The position numbers and the translations under genes are program-made. Under the pieces are notes generated by a model, which was given only the letters and a program-made list of their open reading frames with translations, made no database searches and was not told the DNA's origin. Source: Anthoceros angustus (taxonomy: Eukaryota > Plantae > Anthocerotophyta). Taken from it: DNA of 64,000 bases. Location of the stretch: assembly GCA_010909165.1 (NCBI GenBank), contig VJWM01000117.1:682001-746000 (forward strand). The letters are read 5' to 3'. Below are positions 20,259 through 32,841 of this stretch, one piece after another; the first letter of the stretch is position 1; each line of letters opens with the position of its first letter.

Positions 20259-22862
20259 TCAAGGTCGACCATTACAACTGCAACAACCGGCTGCAAATCG
20301 ATGCACGCGATACCCATCCCTTACAACAATGTCTCTCTTCTCAAGCCTCGACATGATCTCCGTGGAACTGTGGCAGTCACTGCACATGCGTAGATTCTTC
20401 GTTACCACCAGAGGTGTGCCACTCGGAGTGTTCAGGAGACCAAACGCCAGGGCTAGCTTCTCAGCATGCCCGCAAAGCACATCTTCCTTTTCCTTCTCAG
20501 ACAGTGGCTTCAACACCAACTTTGTCTGTGGCACATGTCCCCCTTCCTGCTTCAGCCGCGCATTCGTGCTCTCTACCTTGAGCGCAATGTCGTCTGTCTT
20601 TTCTCCTACCACAAATGTATGTACCTGCTCCTTCACCTCAATGCCTGCCACTGCAGGTTTCTTGTTAGCTCCTGCGGCCGTTCGCTGTGTTTCAATCCTC
20701 TCTACATCGGTCCACCTTCCAGCATCTGCATAGGCATTGGCCATGAGCACATATGAGGTTGCCTGCTGAGGGTCCAGCCTAACAAGGCTCTCAAAACAGC
20801 GTTTCGCCCTCTCGATATCCCTGTGACTTTTGCAGGCAGTCAGCAAAGACGTCAACCCCACAACATTGCTTTGGCCCTCAGATGATAACAGCATCTTCTC
20901 TGCCTCGTCTAAATGGCCTGCACGCCCAAGGAGATCAATCATGCAATTATAATGCTCGATAGTAGGTTGGACGCCGTGCTGTTTAGACATGGAATCAAAG
21001 TGCTTGCGACCCTCGTGCACCAGTCCCTCATGACTACATGCCGCTAAAAGGGAAGTAAAAGTGGCATCATCAGGCTGAATGCCGGCAAGTAACATCTCCT
21101 CAAAACAGGCTAGTGCCTTGTGACCTTTGTCACAAGTACCATACCCAGATATCAGGGCTGTCCATGACACCACATCCTTTGTGGCCAAGCTGTCGAAAAC
21201 CCGGCGTGCATCTTCCAGTTCGCCACATTTTGCATACATGTCGACCAGGCAGGTACCAACCAGTAGGTTATCTAGCATTCCTCTTTTCACAATCTGTAAG
21301 TGCAGGTGCCTGCCCTTCTGTAAGGCACCAGCGCTTGCACAGGCCTTCAGAAGGCAAGATAAAGTAACGTGGTCAGCCACAATCAGGCCCTCCTGCTCCA
21401 TCTGTCCATACAGAAGGAGCGCCTCCTGACCAAGCCCTTGCTGGGTATAGCCAGCAAGCAGGGACGTCCATGTCACCACATCCTTTGTGGCCAAGCTATC
21501 AAAAACCCTGCGTGCATCTTCCATTTCGCCACATTTTGCATACATGTCGACCAGGCAGTTGCCAACCGGTATGGTATCTAACAGTCCTCTTTCCACAATC
21601 TGTGAGTGCAGCTGCCTACCCTTTTGTAAGGAACCAGTGCTGGCACAGGCCTTCAGAAGGCAAGCAAACGTAACATGGGTAGCCAGAACCAGGGCTTCTT
21701 GCTCCATTTGTCTATACAGAAGAAACACCTCTTGACTGAGGCCATGATTTGCGTATCCGACTATGAGGGCGTTCCATGTCACAACATTTTTTGTGGCCAA
21801 GCTGTCAAATACCTGGCGTGCATCTTCCAGTTCGCCACATTTTGCATACATGTCCACTAGGCAGCTGCCAACAAAGAAGTTAAGAGGAATGCCACTTTGC
21901 AACAAATCAGAGTGCAGTTTTCTCCCAGATTCCAAGTCGGTGGCAAAGGCACATGCTTGAAGGGCAGCTATGAAGACATGACCATCCGCCTTCACACCTG
22001 ACCTGCGCATCTCATGGTACAGTCGTATGGCCTCATGAGGTTTCCCATGTTTAGCATGTGCAGAGATTATGGAAGACCACATGAAAACATCCGGTTTGCC
22101 TACCCTGGTGAACACATCCATGGCCTCCTGTAGCCTACCTCGACATGCATACATTCGCAGGATATGGTTGCCCAAGTATGCATTCGACTCGTACCCAAGT
22201 TTGACGGTGAGAGCATGAACTCTTTGCCCCACAATCAAATCCTTCTTAGCTATACAGAGTTTTAGCACAGTATAAAACAGAGACGGAGGAATAGGACAGT
22301 CTGTCAGCGCCAGAGATTCCAGGGCTCCAACAGCCTCAGTAAGCTTCCCCTGCTCACATAACGTGCACACGGTAGCTTCACCCACTTCCGATCCTGTACG
22401 CCGGTCAGGCTCAAGCTCATACAGGGAGCTCGATGTGGAAGGAGAGGCACCATGACCCATCAGCTTGTCCAAAGGAATAAGCTGCTCATCCACCCAAGCT
22501 GGCTTGAACATGTTGTTTAACCACAGGGCCTCCCCGCCAGACCCCTTACGCCGGAAGTCAGGAGAACGAGAGCTCTTCTTATCTCGCCTGTTGTCCCACC
22601 ACAAGGTAGGGTCCAGAAAAAATTGTTCCCACAGATGCTCCTGCTCCTGGCGACGACCATCGCTGGAGAATCGTTCCCCACCCACAAATTTTCTCGGAAG
22701 TGCAACTGCTGGGTCCCTAACACTGCTGCACCTGGTGCCTTGGTTGCTTCCCAGAGATTGACTCGCTGAGGTGATGTGGTGAGCGGGAGCTCCTCGTAGA
22801 ATTCCTGTACACTCACCAAATTGTTGGGTCCACAACGGATCCGGTTGCCACATTGTGGTCAT
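20259..22862 (-). CDS. PDF-PLS-PPR-DYW:KP(GRP) protein, paralog 3 (867 aa)
   Basis: Intact intronless ORF MTTMWQPD..WWDNRRDKK..PDFRRK..GEALWL..HAEK..CSDCH..CSCNGRP*. Confidence 0.93.
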   Translation of the reverse strand: MTTMWQPDPLWTQQFGECTGILRGAPAHHITSASQSLGSNQGTRCSSVRDPAVALPRKFVGGERFSSDGRRQEQEHLWEQFFLDPTLWWDNRRDKKSSRSPDFRRKGSGGEALWLNNMFKPAWVDEQLIPLDKLMGHGASPSTSSSLYELEPDRRTGSEVGEATVCTLCEQGKLTEAVGALESLALTDCPIPPSLFYTVLKLCIAKKDLIVGQRVHALTVKLGYESNAYLGNHILRMYACRGRLQEAMDVFTRVGKPDVFMWSSIISAHAKHGKPHEAIRLYHEMRRSGVKADGHVFIAALQACAFATDLESGRKLHSDLLQSGIPLNFFVGSCLVDMYAKCGELEDARQVFDSLATKNVVTWNALIVGYANHGLSQEVFLLYRQMEQEALVLATHVTFACLLKACASTGSLQKGRQLHSQIVERGLLDTIPVGNCLVDMYAKCGEMEDARRVFDSLATKDVVTWTSLLAGYTQQGLGQEALLLYGQMEQEGLIVADHVTLSCLLKACASAGALQKGRHLHLQIVKRGMLDNLLVGTCLVDMYAKCGELEDARRVFDSLATKDVVSWTALISGYGTCDKGHKALACFEEMLLAGIQPDDATFTSLLAACSHEGLVHEGRKHFDSMSKQHGVQPTIEHYNCMIDLLGRAGHLDEAEKMLLSSEGQSNVVGLTSLLTACKSHRDIERAKRCFESLVRLDPQQATSYVLMANAYADAGRWTDVERIETQRTAAGANKKPAVAGIEVKEQVHTFVVGEKTDDIALKVESTNARLKQEGGHVPQTKLVLKPLSEKEKEDVLCGHAEKLALAFGLLNTPSGTPLVVTKNLRMCSDCHSSTEIMSRLEKRDIVVRDGYRVHRFAAGCCSCNGRP

Positions 22863-23244
22863 GTTATACAGGCACAGCTCTCAGAAGATGAGGCGCACAA
22901 CTAACTATGCAACCTGAGGCAGGAATCGACGTAATGCTCTGGCCTTGTCATCAGCCAGACAGCATGAGCTCTTCATTCATCCCTTCCCTTCCAGGTACAG
23001 ATAATGCAACCAAGCATTCTACAAAGTGTTATCCGTGAAGTGAAACACAAAGTTAGCAGCAAGGAGGTGGACGTTGCCTGTTTTGTGTGTGGATGTTGGA
23101 TGTTGAGACGCATGTTTGTTTGTGTACCTACTACCTACATTTGCGTGATGTGGAAGGGTGCGATGGGCTTGTTGCATGTGATGGGCAATGATGTGATATG
23201 TACCTATATGGTTCTTTCTTATTTTAAAATATTGGGCACTCCAA

Positions 23245-25847
23245 TCACGGACGACCGCCACAACTGCAACAACCATCTGCGAACCGATGCACACGGTACC
23301 CATCCCTTACAACAATGTCTCTCTGTTCTATCCTTGACATGATCTCCGTGGAACTGTGGCAGTCACTGCACATGCGTAGATTCTTCGTTACCACCAGAGG
23401 TGTCCCACTCGGAGTGTTCAACAGACCAAACGCCAGAGCTAGCTTCTCAGCATGCCCACAAAGCGCATCTTCCTTTTCCTTCTCACCCAGTGGTTTCAAC
23501 ACCAACTTTGTATGAGGTACATGGCCGCCTTCCTCCTTCAGACGGGCACTCGTGCTCTCTACCTTCAGCGCAAGATCGTCTCTTCTTTCTCCCACCACAA
23601 ATGTATGTACCTGCTTCCTCACCTCAATGGTTGCCATTGCAGGTTTCTTGTTAGCTCCTGCTACCACCCTCTGAGTTTCAATCCTTTCTACATCGGTCCA
23701 CCTACCTGCATCTGCATAGGCATTAGCCATGAGCACATATCCAGATGCCCTGAGGTCCAGCTAACAATGCTTTCAAAACACCACGCCCTCTCTAAATCCC
23801 CGTGACTCTTGCAGGCATTCAGCAAAGACGTCAACCCCACAGTATTGGTTTGGCTCTCACATGACAAGAGCATGTTCTCTGCCTCATCTAACTGGCCTGC
23901 ACGCCCAAGAAGATCAATCATGCAATTGTAATGCTCAACAGTAGGTTTGATGCCATGCTGTTCAGCGATGGAATCAAAGTGCTTGCTACCCTCATGGACG
24001 AGTCCCCCATGACTGCATGCTGCTAAAAGGCAAGTAAAAGTAGTATTATCAGGCTGAATACCAGCGGCTAACATCTCCTCAAAACAAGCTAGTGCCTTGT
24101 GACCGTCGTCACAAGTACCACACCCAGCTATCAAGGCATTCCACGTCACCACATCCTTTGTGGCCAAGCTGTCAAAAACCCGGCGTGCCTCTTTCAGCTC
24201 GCCACATTTTGCATACATGTCCACCAGGCCATTGCAAACCAGTATGTTATCTAGCTGTCCCCGTTCCACAATTTGTGAGTGCAGCTGCCGGCCCTGCTGC
24301 AAGGCACCGGCGCTTGCACAGGCTTTTAGAAGGCAAGCGAAGGTAACATGGTTAGGCAAAACCAGGCCATCCTGCTCCATTTGTCCATACAGAACAAGGG
24401 CCTCTTGACCGAGCCCTTGCTCAGTACACCCAGCTATCAGGGCATTCCATGTCACCACATCCTTTGTGGCCAAGCTATCAAAAACCTGGCGTGCATCTTT
24501 CATTTCGCCACATTTTGCATACATGTCCACCAGACAGTTGCCTAACACTACGTCACCCAGCAGTCCTCTTTCCACGATCTGTGAATGCAGCTGCCTGCCT
24601 TTCTGTAAGGCGCTGGTGCTTGCACAGGCCTTTAGAAGGCAGGCGAAAGTAACTTGATCAGCCACAAGCAAGCCCTCTTGCTGCATTTGTTCATACAGGA
24701 CAAGCGCCTGTTGGCCGCAACCATGATTCGCATACCCAGCAATCAGGGCCGTCCATGTCACCACATCCTTCGTGACCAAGCTGTCAAAAACCTGGCGTGC
24801 ATCTTTAAGGTCGCCACATTTCGCATACATGTCCACCAGGCAGTTCCCAACAATCAAGTTAGGAGGAATCCTACTGTGCAACACATCACTGTGCACTTTC
24901 CTGCCAGATTCCAAATCCGCAGCAAATGCACAAGCTTGAAGGGCAGCTACAAAGACGTGTCCATCTGCCTTCACACCTGACCCACGCATATCATGGTACA
25001 GTTGTATGGCCTCGTTCGGCTTCCCGTGTTGAGCATATGCGGAGATCATGGAACCCCACATGAAAGCATCTGGTTTGCCTACCCTGGTGAACACATCCAT
25101 AGCCTCCTGTACCCTACCTGCACATGCATACATGCGCAAGAGATGGTTCCCCAAGTATGCATTCGACTCATACCCAAGTTTGACGGTGAGATCATGAACT
25201 CGTCGTCCCAAAACCAAGTCCTTCTTAGCTGTGCACAGTTTTAGCACGGCATAAAACAGAGGCGGAGAAACGGGGCAGTCTGTCTGCGCCAGACATTCCA
25301 GGGCTCCAACGGCCTCAGCAAGCTTCCCCTGCTTACATAACGTGCTCACTGTTACAACCGTGACAACGCCCGATCCTACAGGCCTGCCAGGATCAGGATT
25401 ATCCGTAGGGCTCAACTTGGACGGAGAGGCACCATGACCCATCTGCATATCCAAAGAAACTAGCTGCTCATCCACCCAAGCTGGCTTGAACATATTGTTT
25501 AACCAGAGAACCTCACCGCCGGACCCCTTACGCCGGAAGTCAGGAGAACGAGAGCTCTTCTTATCTCGCCTGTTGTCCCACCACATTGCAGGGTTCAGAA
25601 AAAGTTGTTGCCACAATAGCTCTTGCTCCTGCTCCTGGCGACGACAATCGCTGGAAAATCCGTCCCCACCTACAGATTCTCTTGGAAGTGGAACTGCTGG
25701 GCTCCTTACACTGTTGCACCTGGGAGCTTGGTTATTTGCCAGAGGTTGAATCCCTATGATGAGGTGAGCGGGAGCTCCTCGTAGAATCCCTGAACACAAA
25801 CCAATTTGTTGGGTGCTTACCGGGTCCGGTTGCCATACTGTGGCCAT
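23245..25847 (-). CDS. PDF-PLS-PPR-DYW:KP(GRP) protein, paralog 4, frameshifted near the E1/E2 junction (pseudogene or sequence error)
   Basis: ORFs 23688-25847 and 23245-23736 join into a full paralog. Several small deletions cluster at ~23735-23780. The protein ends CSCGGRP*. Confidence 0.8.
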
Positions 25848-25961
25848 CGTTCAGGACCGCTGAGGGAAAAATGAGTTGCAAGAAAAATAATGGCAGGATG
25901 CCTAGGTACTGTGCACGGGCACACCACCCTGAAGGTAGTCACTGCAGACGGTGTTTCATGA

Positions 25962-28900
25962 GCCGGAGGCTAGTTCTCCCTGCAAAGTAATGGCGCTCTT
26001 CTCCCGAGGTGGTGGGCCCCATCGCCTAGCCTTGCCTCGCATCATGACCCATCCCATGTCCATAGCACCCTGTCTAGGTGAATACACGTATGAGCGCATA
26101 CTATACCATACACGGCAACCCGTAGCGGCGTGCGTCGTTCATGGCTCCGGTTTGTGGAATGGCCGGTTGGGGTTCATTTTAAGCGCGAAACGTGCCCTAA
26201 TCAGTTCGCCAAACAGCCACATTTTAAACGGCCGCAAATCAGACACAATCCGCTTGGCAACGCGACGGGGCCTCCACCTCTTCTTGGGCGCATGGGATCG
26301 GACTCTTATCGGCAGACGTCCGCTTGGCAACGCGACGGGGCCTCCACCTCTTCTTGGAGCGCATGGGATCGGACTCTTATCGGCAGACGGAGCGTGACTC
26401 TGATAGCTCATGTTCCACGCTGACTGGCAGAAAATGGTGAAACATACAACTGAGAGGAGAACATCCAAGACTGTAGAGCAAAATTCCAAGGCTCAGTAAC
26501 TTCAGGCAGTTGCCATGTTCGCACAACTTTCTAAGCTTAGCCTCGGAGCTATAGGCAGTTCTATGTGCTAAGGCCTAGGAACTATAGGCAGTTGTATGTT
26601 TGACCTACTGGAATTTCACTTTCTGATCTTGGGGCCGTTCTTCCTCTGCCGACTCCTCCGTTTCCCAAAAGGCTTTTCCGTTTAAGAGAATTGTCTGTAT
26701 GAGCAGGATTGTGGTGTAGAATTGGTGTTTCATGCAACTGGTGAAGATGAAGATCAGCGCCCAACCCTTGGACCTGCCTTACTAATTGTCCCATCATGGC
26801 AGCAACATGATTTTCTAACTGTGGCCACTTCTCCACCATTCCCCTAATCTCTGCCCAACTCACGTCCATGGACTGGACACCCTGGTTCAGGCAAGGTACT
26901 TGGGGCCCTTCTTGGACAACATCCTGTTTGGGGCAGCGTAATTCATGCCCATCCTGGCAAACATTCACTGCAGGCTCCTCATAACTTGTTGTGTGCATGA
27001 CCTGACTTGCCAAATTGAAATTATCAGTACCATGTTCCTTCAACATATCCATCAGTTTGTGCACAAGCATCTGTGTAGCTGTCATTCGATTTAACATCAG
27101 CAAAACCTTCACTTGATGTTTGCAAACAAAGCCATTCAATCCTTGTTTGCAGTTGCAAGCAGCCCACTGCCTTCCGCCATTTAGCACCTCGTACTCCACT
27201 GTTGACCCGTTAAGTGCCTTCTGACTTTTAACGTATGCTGAAGCATTATCCGTTGTCGGGAGTGTGACATCCACATTTGGAATTTGCAGTGCCTTAGTAA
27301 TTGCATGGTGCACAAGTCTCTCCAACTTGGTGTTGTGAACAATATTCAGCAACTTGCATTGTGATTGGAACCAAAATGCCGATTGACTTCATCCACAAGG
27401 ATATGAAGTAACCAATCTAAACGTCTACACAGTAAGCCGCTTCTTCGTAGCGACATCCGAATTTCAAGTGCTGGTGGTAGGCTTCTATGCTCATTGCGTC
27501 TTGGCCAGCATGTGGGACTTCCAGCTTTGATCCACATAGTCATAATCGCCCCATTGCCGCTTAAAATAAGTCACAAATTCGGCTCATATTGCGTATGTCG
27601 AGTAGAATCGTCAAGCTCCGCCACTTCTCCATACCGCAGCCTTGCTCCTCCATATACATAATTTTACCAAGTGTGCTCATCATCTCGCTCTCCCGACTTT
27701 ATTTTTCACCTTCTTTATGAGTTGTCTCAACCAAGCACGCACATGCCACAAACACAAAACACCAACATGTTAGAGCCGAATACTTGTCGATAGCGTTAAT
27801 CTCGGCAGCAATCGTCCACCAAGAAAGCATTGGGCTTCCACTGGATCGACTTCTCCAACATCGCTTTAAAGCCCCACCATGCACTAATATTGTCAAAGCT
27901 GTTGTCGAAATGATCCATGCCCGGTAGCGTTCATGTGGTCATCAAGACCAACACGTAAACAAGCGAAATTTCCATTTGTTAGTCCCGAACGTGGCATCCA
28001 TAGAGACAATCGAGTTATGGCCCCACCTCAACATACATGAGTCTTTGAAATGGTGTCGAATACCGATTAAAGTGACACCGTCGATAGACTTAGAGCTGAA
28101 GGAAGAAAAGAAAATCTCATGCTTGTGTAAGTCCATCCATATTCTCACACTTTCCTCATCGATGATGCAATCTCCATGTCCTGCAATCAAGCTCTGTATG
28201 TTTCTTATATCCTTGGGCAATAAGAAATCATCCGGACCAAGTGGCATCTTGGGTTGTCCTTCTTCTGCGATACATCCTCCTCATGATCACACATAATTTG
28301 GTAATTGGTCAGCTGGCATAAGAGCTTGTGCTTTACCCATTCCCGCTTTGCCATAGATAAAACAGGAGCAAGAGAAACATTAGCAGGGGCATCAGTAGCT
28401 AACAAATCATGGCAGAAATCACCATTCATGTCTATGTGGTGCCATTCGTGAATTCGTATCTCTGCAATTCCTGGCCATTGCAATAATCTGCTGATGAAGA
28501 ACTGGAATTTACAGCCCCTTTTCCTATTGCGGCCAGTCTTCATGCGTGACGGCCTGCTGCCTTTCCCCTTTTTTGGACGGTTTGTCACATCAATGAAAGG
28601 CTCCACACCTGTAAGACGAAAATCTTGTGGTCCGTAAGCACATTCATATTTAATATATGAGCTTGGTGAATTAGGCAGCACGATATCGGGTCCGTGGACC
28701 GTTTCAGACATTACGTCTTACAAGCGTTGTGGGGAGCAGAGAGTTCTCGCTTCCCGCAAGAAAATCGTCCACTCTATCCCGAAACGTAGGCTATTTTGAC
28801 ATTCGTAACCATCTTCCTGCATGCTTGAGGGCAACCATAAATCTTCTTCTTGAAATGCCCAACAATCGGAAGGCATGGCGGAGGCATGTATCCATACTCA

Positions 28901-29623
28901 CAAAGTGCAGGGCGATTGTAGACATAACAGCCTTAGATCCTTGCTCACAAAGGGTGCCATTTCGACCATGAATGAAATTGCAATATGCGAAGAATGCAAA
29001 GTTACGAGGTAAAGATCCTTCAAGGAGCCTTGCGCCTTGCGAATGCTTGAGCCTGAGTGTTGGATGGCGTCACATCAGCGTGTGTCTCACCATCTTCGCA
29101 GACGTGAGCGTGGAGCATCGAAAGTAGAAATTACACGTCTTCAAGCTCTTCACCTCACCATTCTCGAAACAATTCCATTGGCAATGCGGGATGGACAAGC
29201 CTTCCATTGAACACATTGGTTCCACCAGTCTCCCTCTGCCGTCGCCAGCGAAAGTCCGATGCAATTCATGCTCACACCACGAAGAGATCGCGGCACATCG
29301 TGCGGCCAAGCCGTTGTGTCGTGATACACGTTCCCAATGTTGGGAACACGTTTGATTTTGGACAAACTGCGGATTGTGTCGATTCGCGGCCGATTAGGGC
29401 ACGCCGCGCTTAAATGAACCCCAACCGGCCATTCCACAAACCGGAGCCATGAGCAGCCGCTACGGGTTGCCGTGTATGGTATAGTATGCGCTCATACGTA
29501 TATTCACCTAGACAGGGTGCTATGGACATGGGATGGGTCATGGCGCGAGGCAAGGCTAGGCGATGGGGCCCACCACCTCGGGAGAAGAGCGCCATTACTT
29601 TGCAGGGAGAACTAGCCTCCGGC
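25962..29623 (-). mobile_element. Mutator-like (MULE) DNA transposon with ~250-290 bp TIRs and a degenerate SWIM-type transposase
   Basis: TIR starts GCCGGAGGCTAG and ends CTAGCCTCCGGC. 9-bp TSD GTTTCATGA at 25953-25961 and 29624-29632. Minus-strand ORF pieces include ..KRGCKFQF..HHID.., SMDATFGTNK and the SWIM motif CNC..G.VCKH. Confidence 0.92.
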
Positions 29624-29937
29624 GTTTCATGACCAGTTGTAGAAGACACCAAAACAACACCATTGCAACAGTACCTATATGATGCAACCAGGTCGAACAA
29701 TACCACAATTATATTATATCTATATTCATATGAAAGAAACGTGAAGACTTTAAAAATATGCAGAGATGGGAAGTCCCATAGAGGACAATGGAGAACAACC
29801 CTTTAGAGGGCCGGGCAAGTAGGACTAGGCCCCTTGAATGTCCACTATGAAGCTAACTACCCCTCTCAAGATGACATAGTGTGGAATAAGAAAGGGCATA
29901 TTGACCACCGGAGCTGAAGATGCTACGTTCGCAGCTG

Positions 29938-30880
29938 TCAATGCCCTTTGCAGAGCAATGGATACTCATTGTTGGAAAGAATGCAGAGCAATGGGCATAA
30001 CAATGGATACTCATTGTTGGAAAGAATGCAGAGCAATGGGCATAGCAATGGATACTCATTGTTGGAAAGAATGCAGAGCAATGGGCATAGCAATGGATAC
30101 TCATTGTCGGAAAGAATGTCCTCAAGATTGCCAATGCCCTTTGCAGAGCAATGGATACTCATTGTTGGAAAGAATGCAAAGCAATGGGAATAGCAATGGA
30201 TACTCATTGTCGGAAAGAATGCATAGCAATGGGCAGAGAAATGGATACTCATTGTCGGAAAGAATGCATAGCAATGGGCAGAGAAATGGATACTCATTGT
30301 TGGAAAGAGTGCAGAGCAATGGTTGGAAAGAATGCAGAGCAATGGGCATAGCAATGGATACTCATTGTCGGAAAGAATGCACAGCAATGGGTAGAGAAAT
30401 GGATACTTATTGTTGGAAAGAGTGTAGAGCAATGGATACTCATTGGCGAAAAGAATGCAGAGCAATGGGCAGAGAAATTGACACTCATTGTCGGAAAGAA
30501 TGCAAAGCAATGGGCAGAGCAATGGATACTCACTGTTGGAAAGAATGCACAGCAATGGGCAGAGAAATGGATACTCATTGTTGGAAAGAGTGCAGAGCAA
30601 TGGATACTCATTGTCGGAAAGAATGCACAGCAATGGGCAGAGAAATGGATACTCATTGTTGGAAAGAGTGCAGAACAATGGATACTCGTTGTCGAAAAGA
30701 ATGCAGAGCAATGGGCAGAGCAATGGATACTTATTGTCGGAAAGAATGCACACCACTGGGTAGAGCAATGGATACTCGTTGCCAGCTGCAAAGGGTACTC
30801 GTTGCCAGCTGCAAAGGATACTCGTTGCTTAAACTCTGCAAAGGATACTTGTTGCCAGAAAAAGGATACTCATTGCCGGA
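29938..30880. repeat. Large minisatellite (45- and 33-bp variants of gcaatggatactcattgttggaaagaatgcaga..)
   Basis: About 20 units, degenerating toward the 3' end. Confidence 0.9.
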
Positions 30881-31547
30881 AGAAAGGCACCACACAGGAA
30901 AGAAAGGAATAGAGGAGACTTTAGTATGAAAAAGAGATGAAAAACCCATCTACCCACACAGGAAAGAGGGAGACCTACCTCATTCTTGCGGATTTGGTAT
31001 ACTTTAGCACAAACCTGACCTACCCCATTCTTGCGGATTTGGAATGCTTTAGCACAAACTTGATAAACCTCGAGAAGTCCTTGGATAGATATTCATATAG
31101 ACTTATTAAAATACATAAAAATAGTGAGCCCATTTATATACCTACTCATAAGCCAAGTTATCTTGATGCGTGTCTCTACTATTACGTGTAAGCTTTTATA
31201 GGTCTCTAAAAACCTCATAGTTGATATTCCATATCTGATATTATAATAAATTATTTAAAAACTAAAAAGGATAAAAAATGATTTTACACGTGAGTCCCAG
31301 CATGGAACAAACCAGAGCAGCGAAACATGAGCTCGATATTATATTACATTATTTAATAAATAATAAAATTAACAAAAAAATGAATATACATATCAGCCCC
31401 CAACATGGAAACAAACCAAAGCAACGAAACATATGCTACGAACTACGGGCTACCAGACACAACGCAAGGTCACCGAGTCCTATCTAACAAGAGCCAACCA
31501 ACAAGTACCTTCAGTCAGGGCAGGATGGGTGGGAATTCAAGTCTCCA

Positions 31548-31760
31548 GCTTAACATTGTCAACACAATGCTGAAGAGGAACCTTGAGGAGCTCACATTGT
31601 CAACACAATGCGGAAGAGGAACCTTGAAGAGGTCACATTGTCAATACATTGCCGAAGGGGAACCTTGAAGTGAGCTCCTACCTTAACATTGTCAACACTG
31701 CGCTGAAGAAGAACCTTTGAAGTGGTTTCCTAAGAGGAACCCACGACGAAGAACCTTGAA
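31548..31760. repeat. Degenerate ~40-bp tandem repeat (acattgtcaacacaatgc.gaagaggaaccttga)
   Basis: Direct inspection, 4-5 copies. Confidence 0.7.
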
Positions 31761-32841
31761 ATGAGCCACCTGTGAATCGCAAGTCGGGTATCGATGGCCA
31801 TTAATGCTAGCTCGTATCATGAGAGTGCCACATCGTCATCCGTTGGGACACAGGGATGGACAGAGAACCAGAAGCACAAGAACTTCCGCGCGGGTTTCGA
31901 GCGGATATCACAAGACAAGACAAGTTCTCAAGAGAGAGAGAACTCAAGGGCCAACAATGCCCCCCAACATGGCTGCCATGGGATTGAGCATTGCCCTGCC
32001 AAGTGCTTCAGAGTCTCAAGCTTTTGCTCACTCCAGGCGTCATTGACATCTCTAGCCTGAATGGCATCCTTCGGAAATGCCGGGATTGGCAATGTTCCCA
32101 TCTTGCACTGGAATACATCGAGTGCCTGGAAGTTCTGGAACACTACGTGCAGCAAAGGTGGCCCGTTGAATTTTGAGTGCTCGCTCACAAGAAACTAAGG
32201 ACCTTGGGCCCGCGTAACTGTAGGAGTAGACATCTCTAACCGAACTTGTGCTACTGCTGCTGCCGCTTTTGATCGTGGTGTTAGCGGAGATGGGGCGGAT
32301 GGATGGCATCTTAGCCGCCGCCGGCTTGCGTTGATGAGCAAATGGGTCCTTGGATATGAAGATGGGCATTCCGCTTGCCTCCGTGCTAAAGGACGCTTGC
32401 CTCACTCCTGGAAGGGAGGACGCAATGTCATTTCGTATTAGGTACTATTCTCTCACAAACGGAAAGACTTGTCGAGATTTTATACAATTCTGGTGTGGCA
32501 AGAGGGAACTAGCGTGCAAAAAATGTGCAAAGTCAGGGGGGAACGGCGGGCTATGTACAGGCCTACTTTACAACATGACACGTCGTTGATCTGGAGATTG
32601 ATGAAACAGACCACGGCTGAGGCCGGAAATCTCTCGAAGAGACAGGGGTTGAAGATTTCTGAAGCCAGTCTTCCATTTCTACGACTAAATATTTGGACAT
32701 GGGTGTTCAGAGTTGCTTATCTCGTTTTTGGTGTCTCTTTTTCTGAGGGTGGTGTGGTCATGCACAGTAGGTACCTAAGCATGTTGCCACGGTCTAAATC
32801 GTTTGTTGGGCGCCTCCTCTTCTGAGAACGGTCCCTATAGG

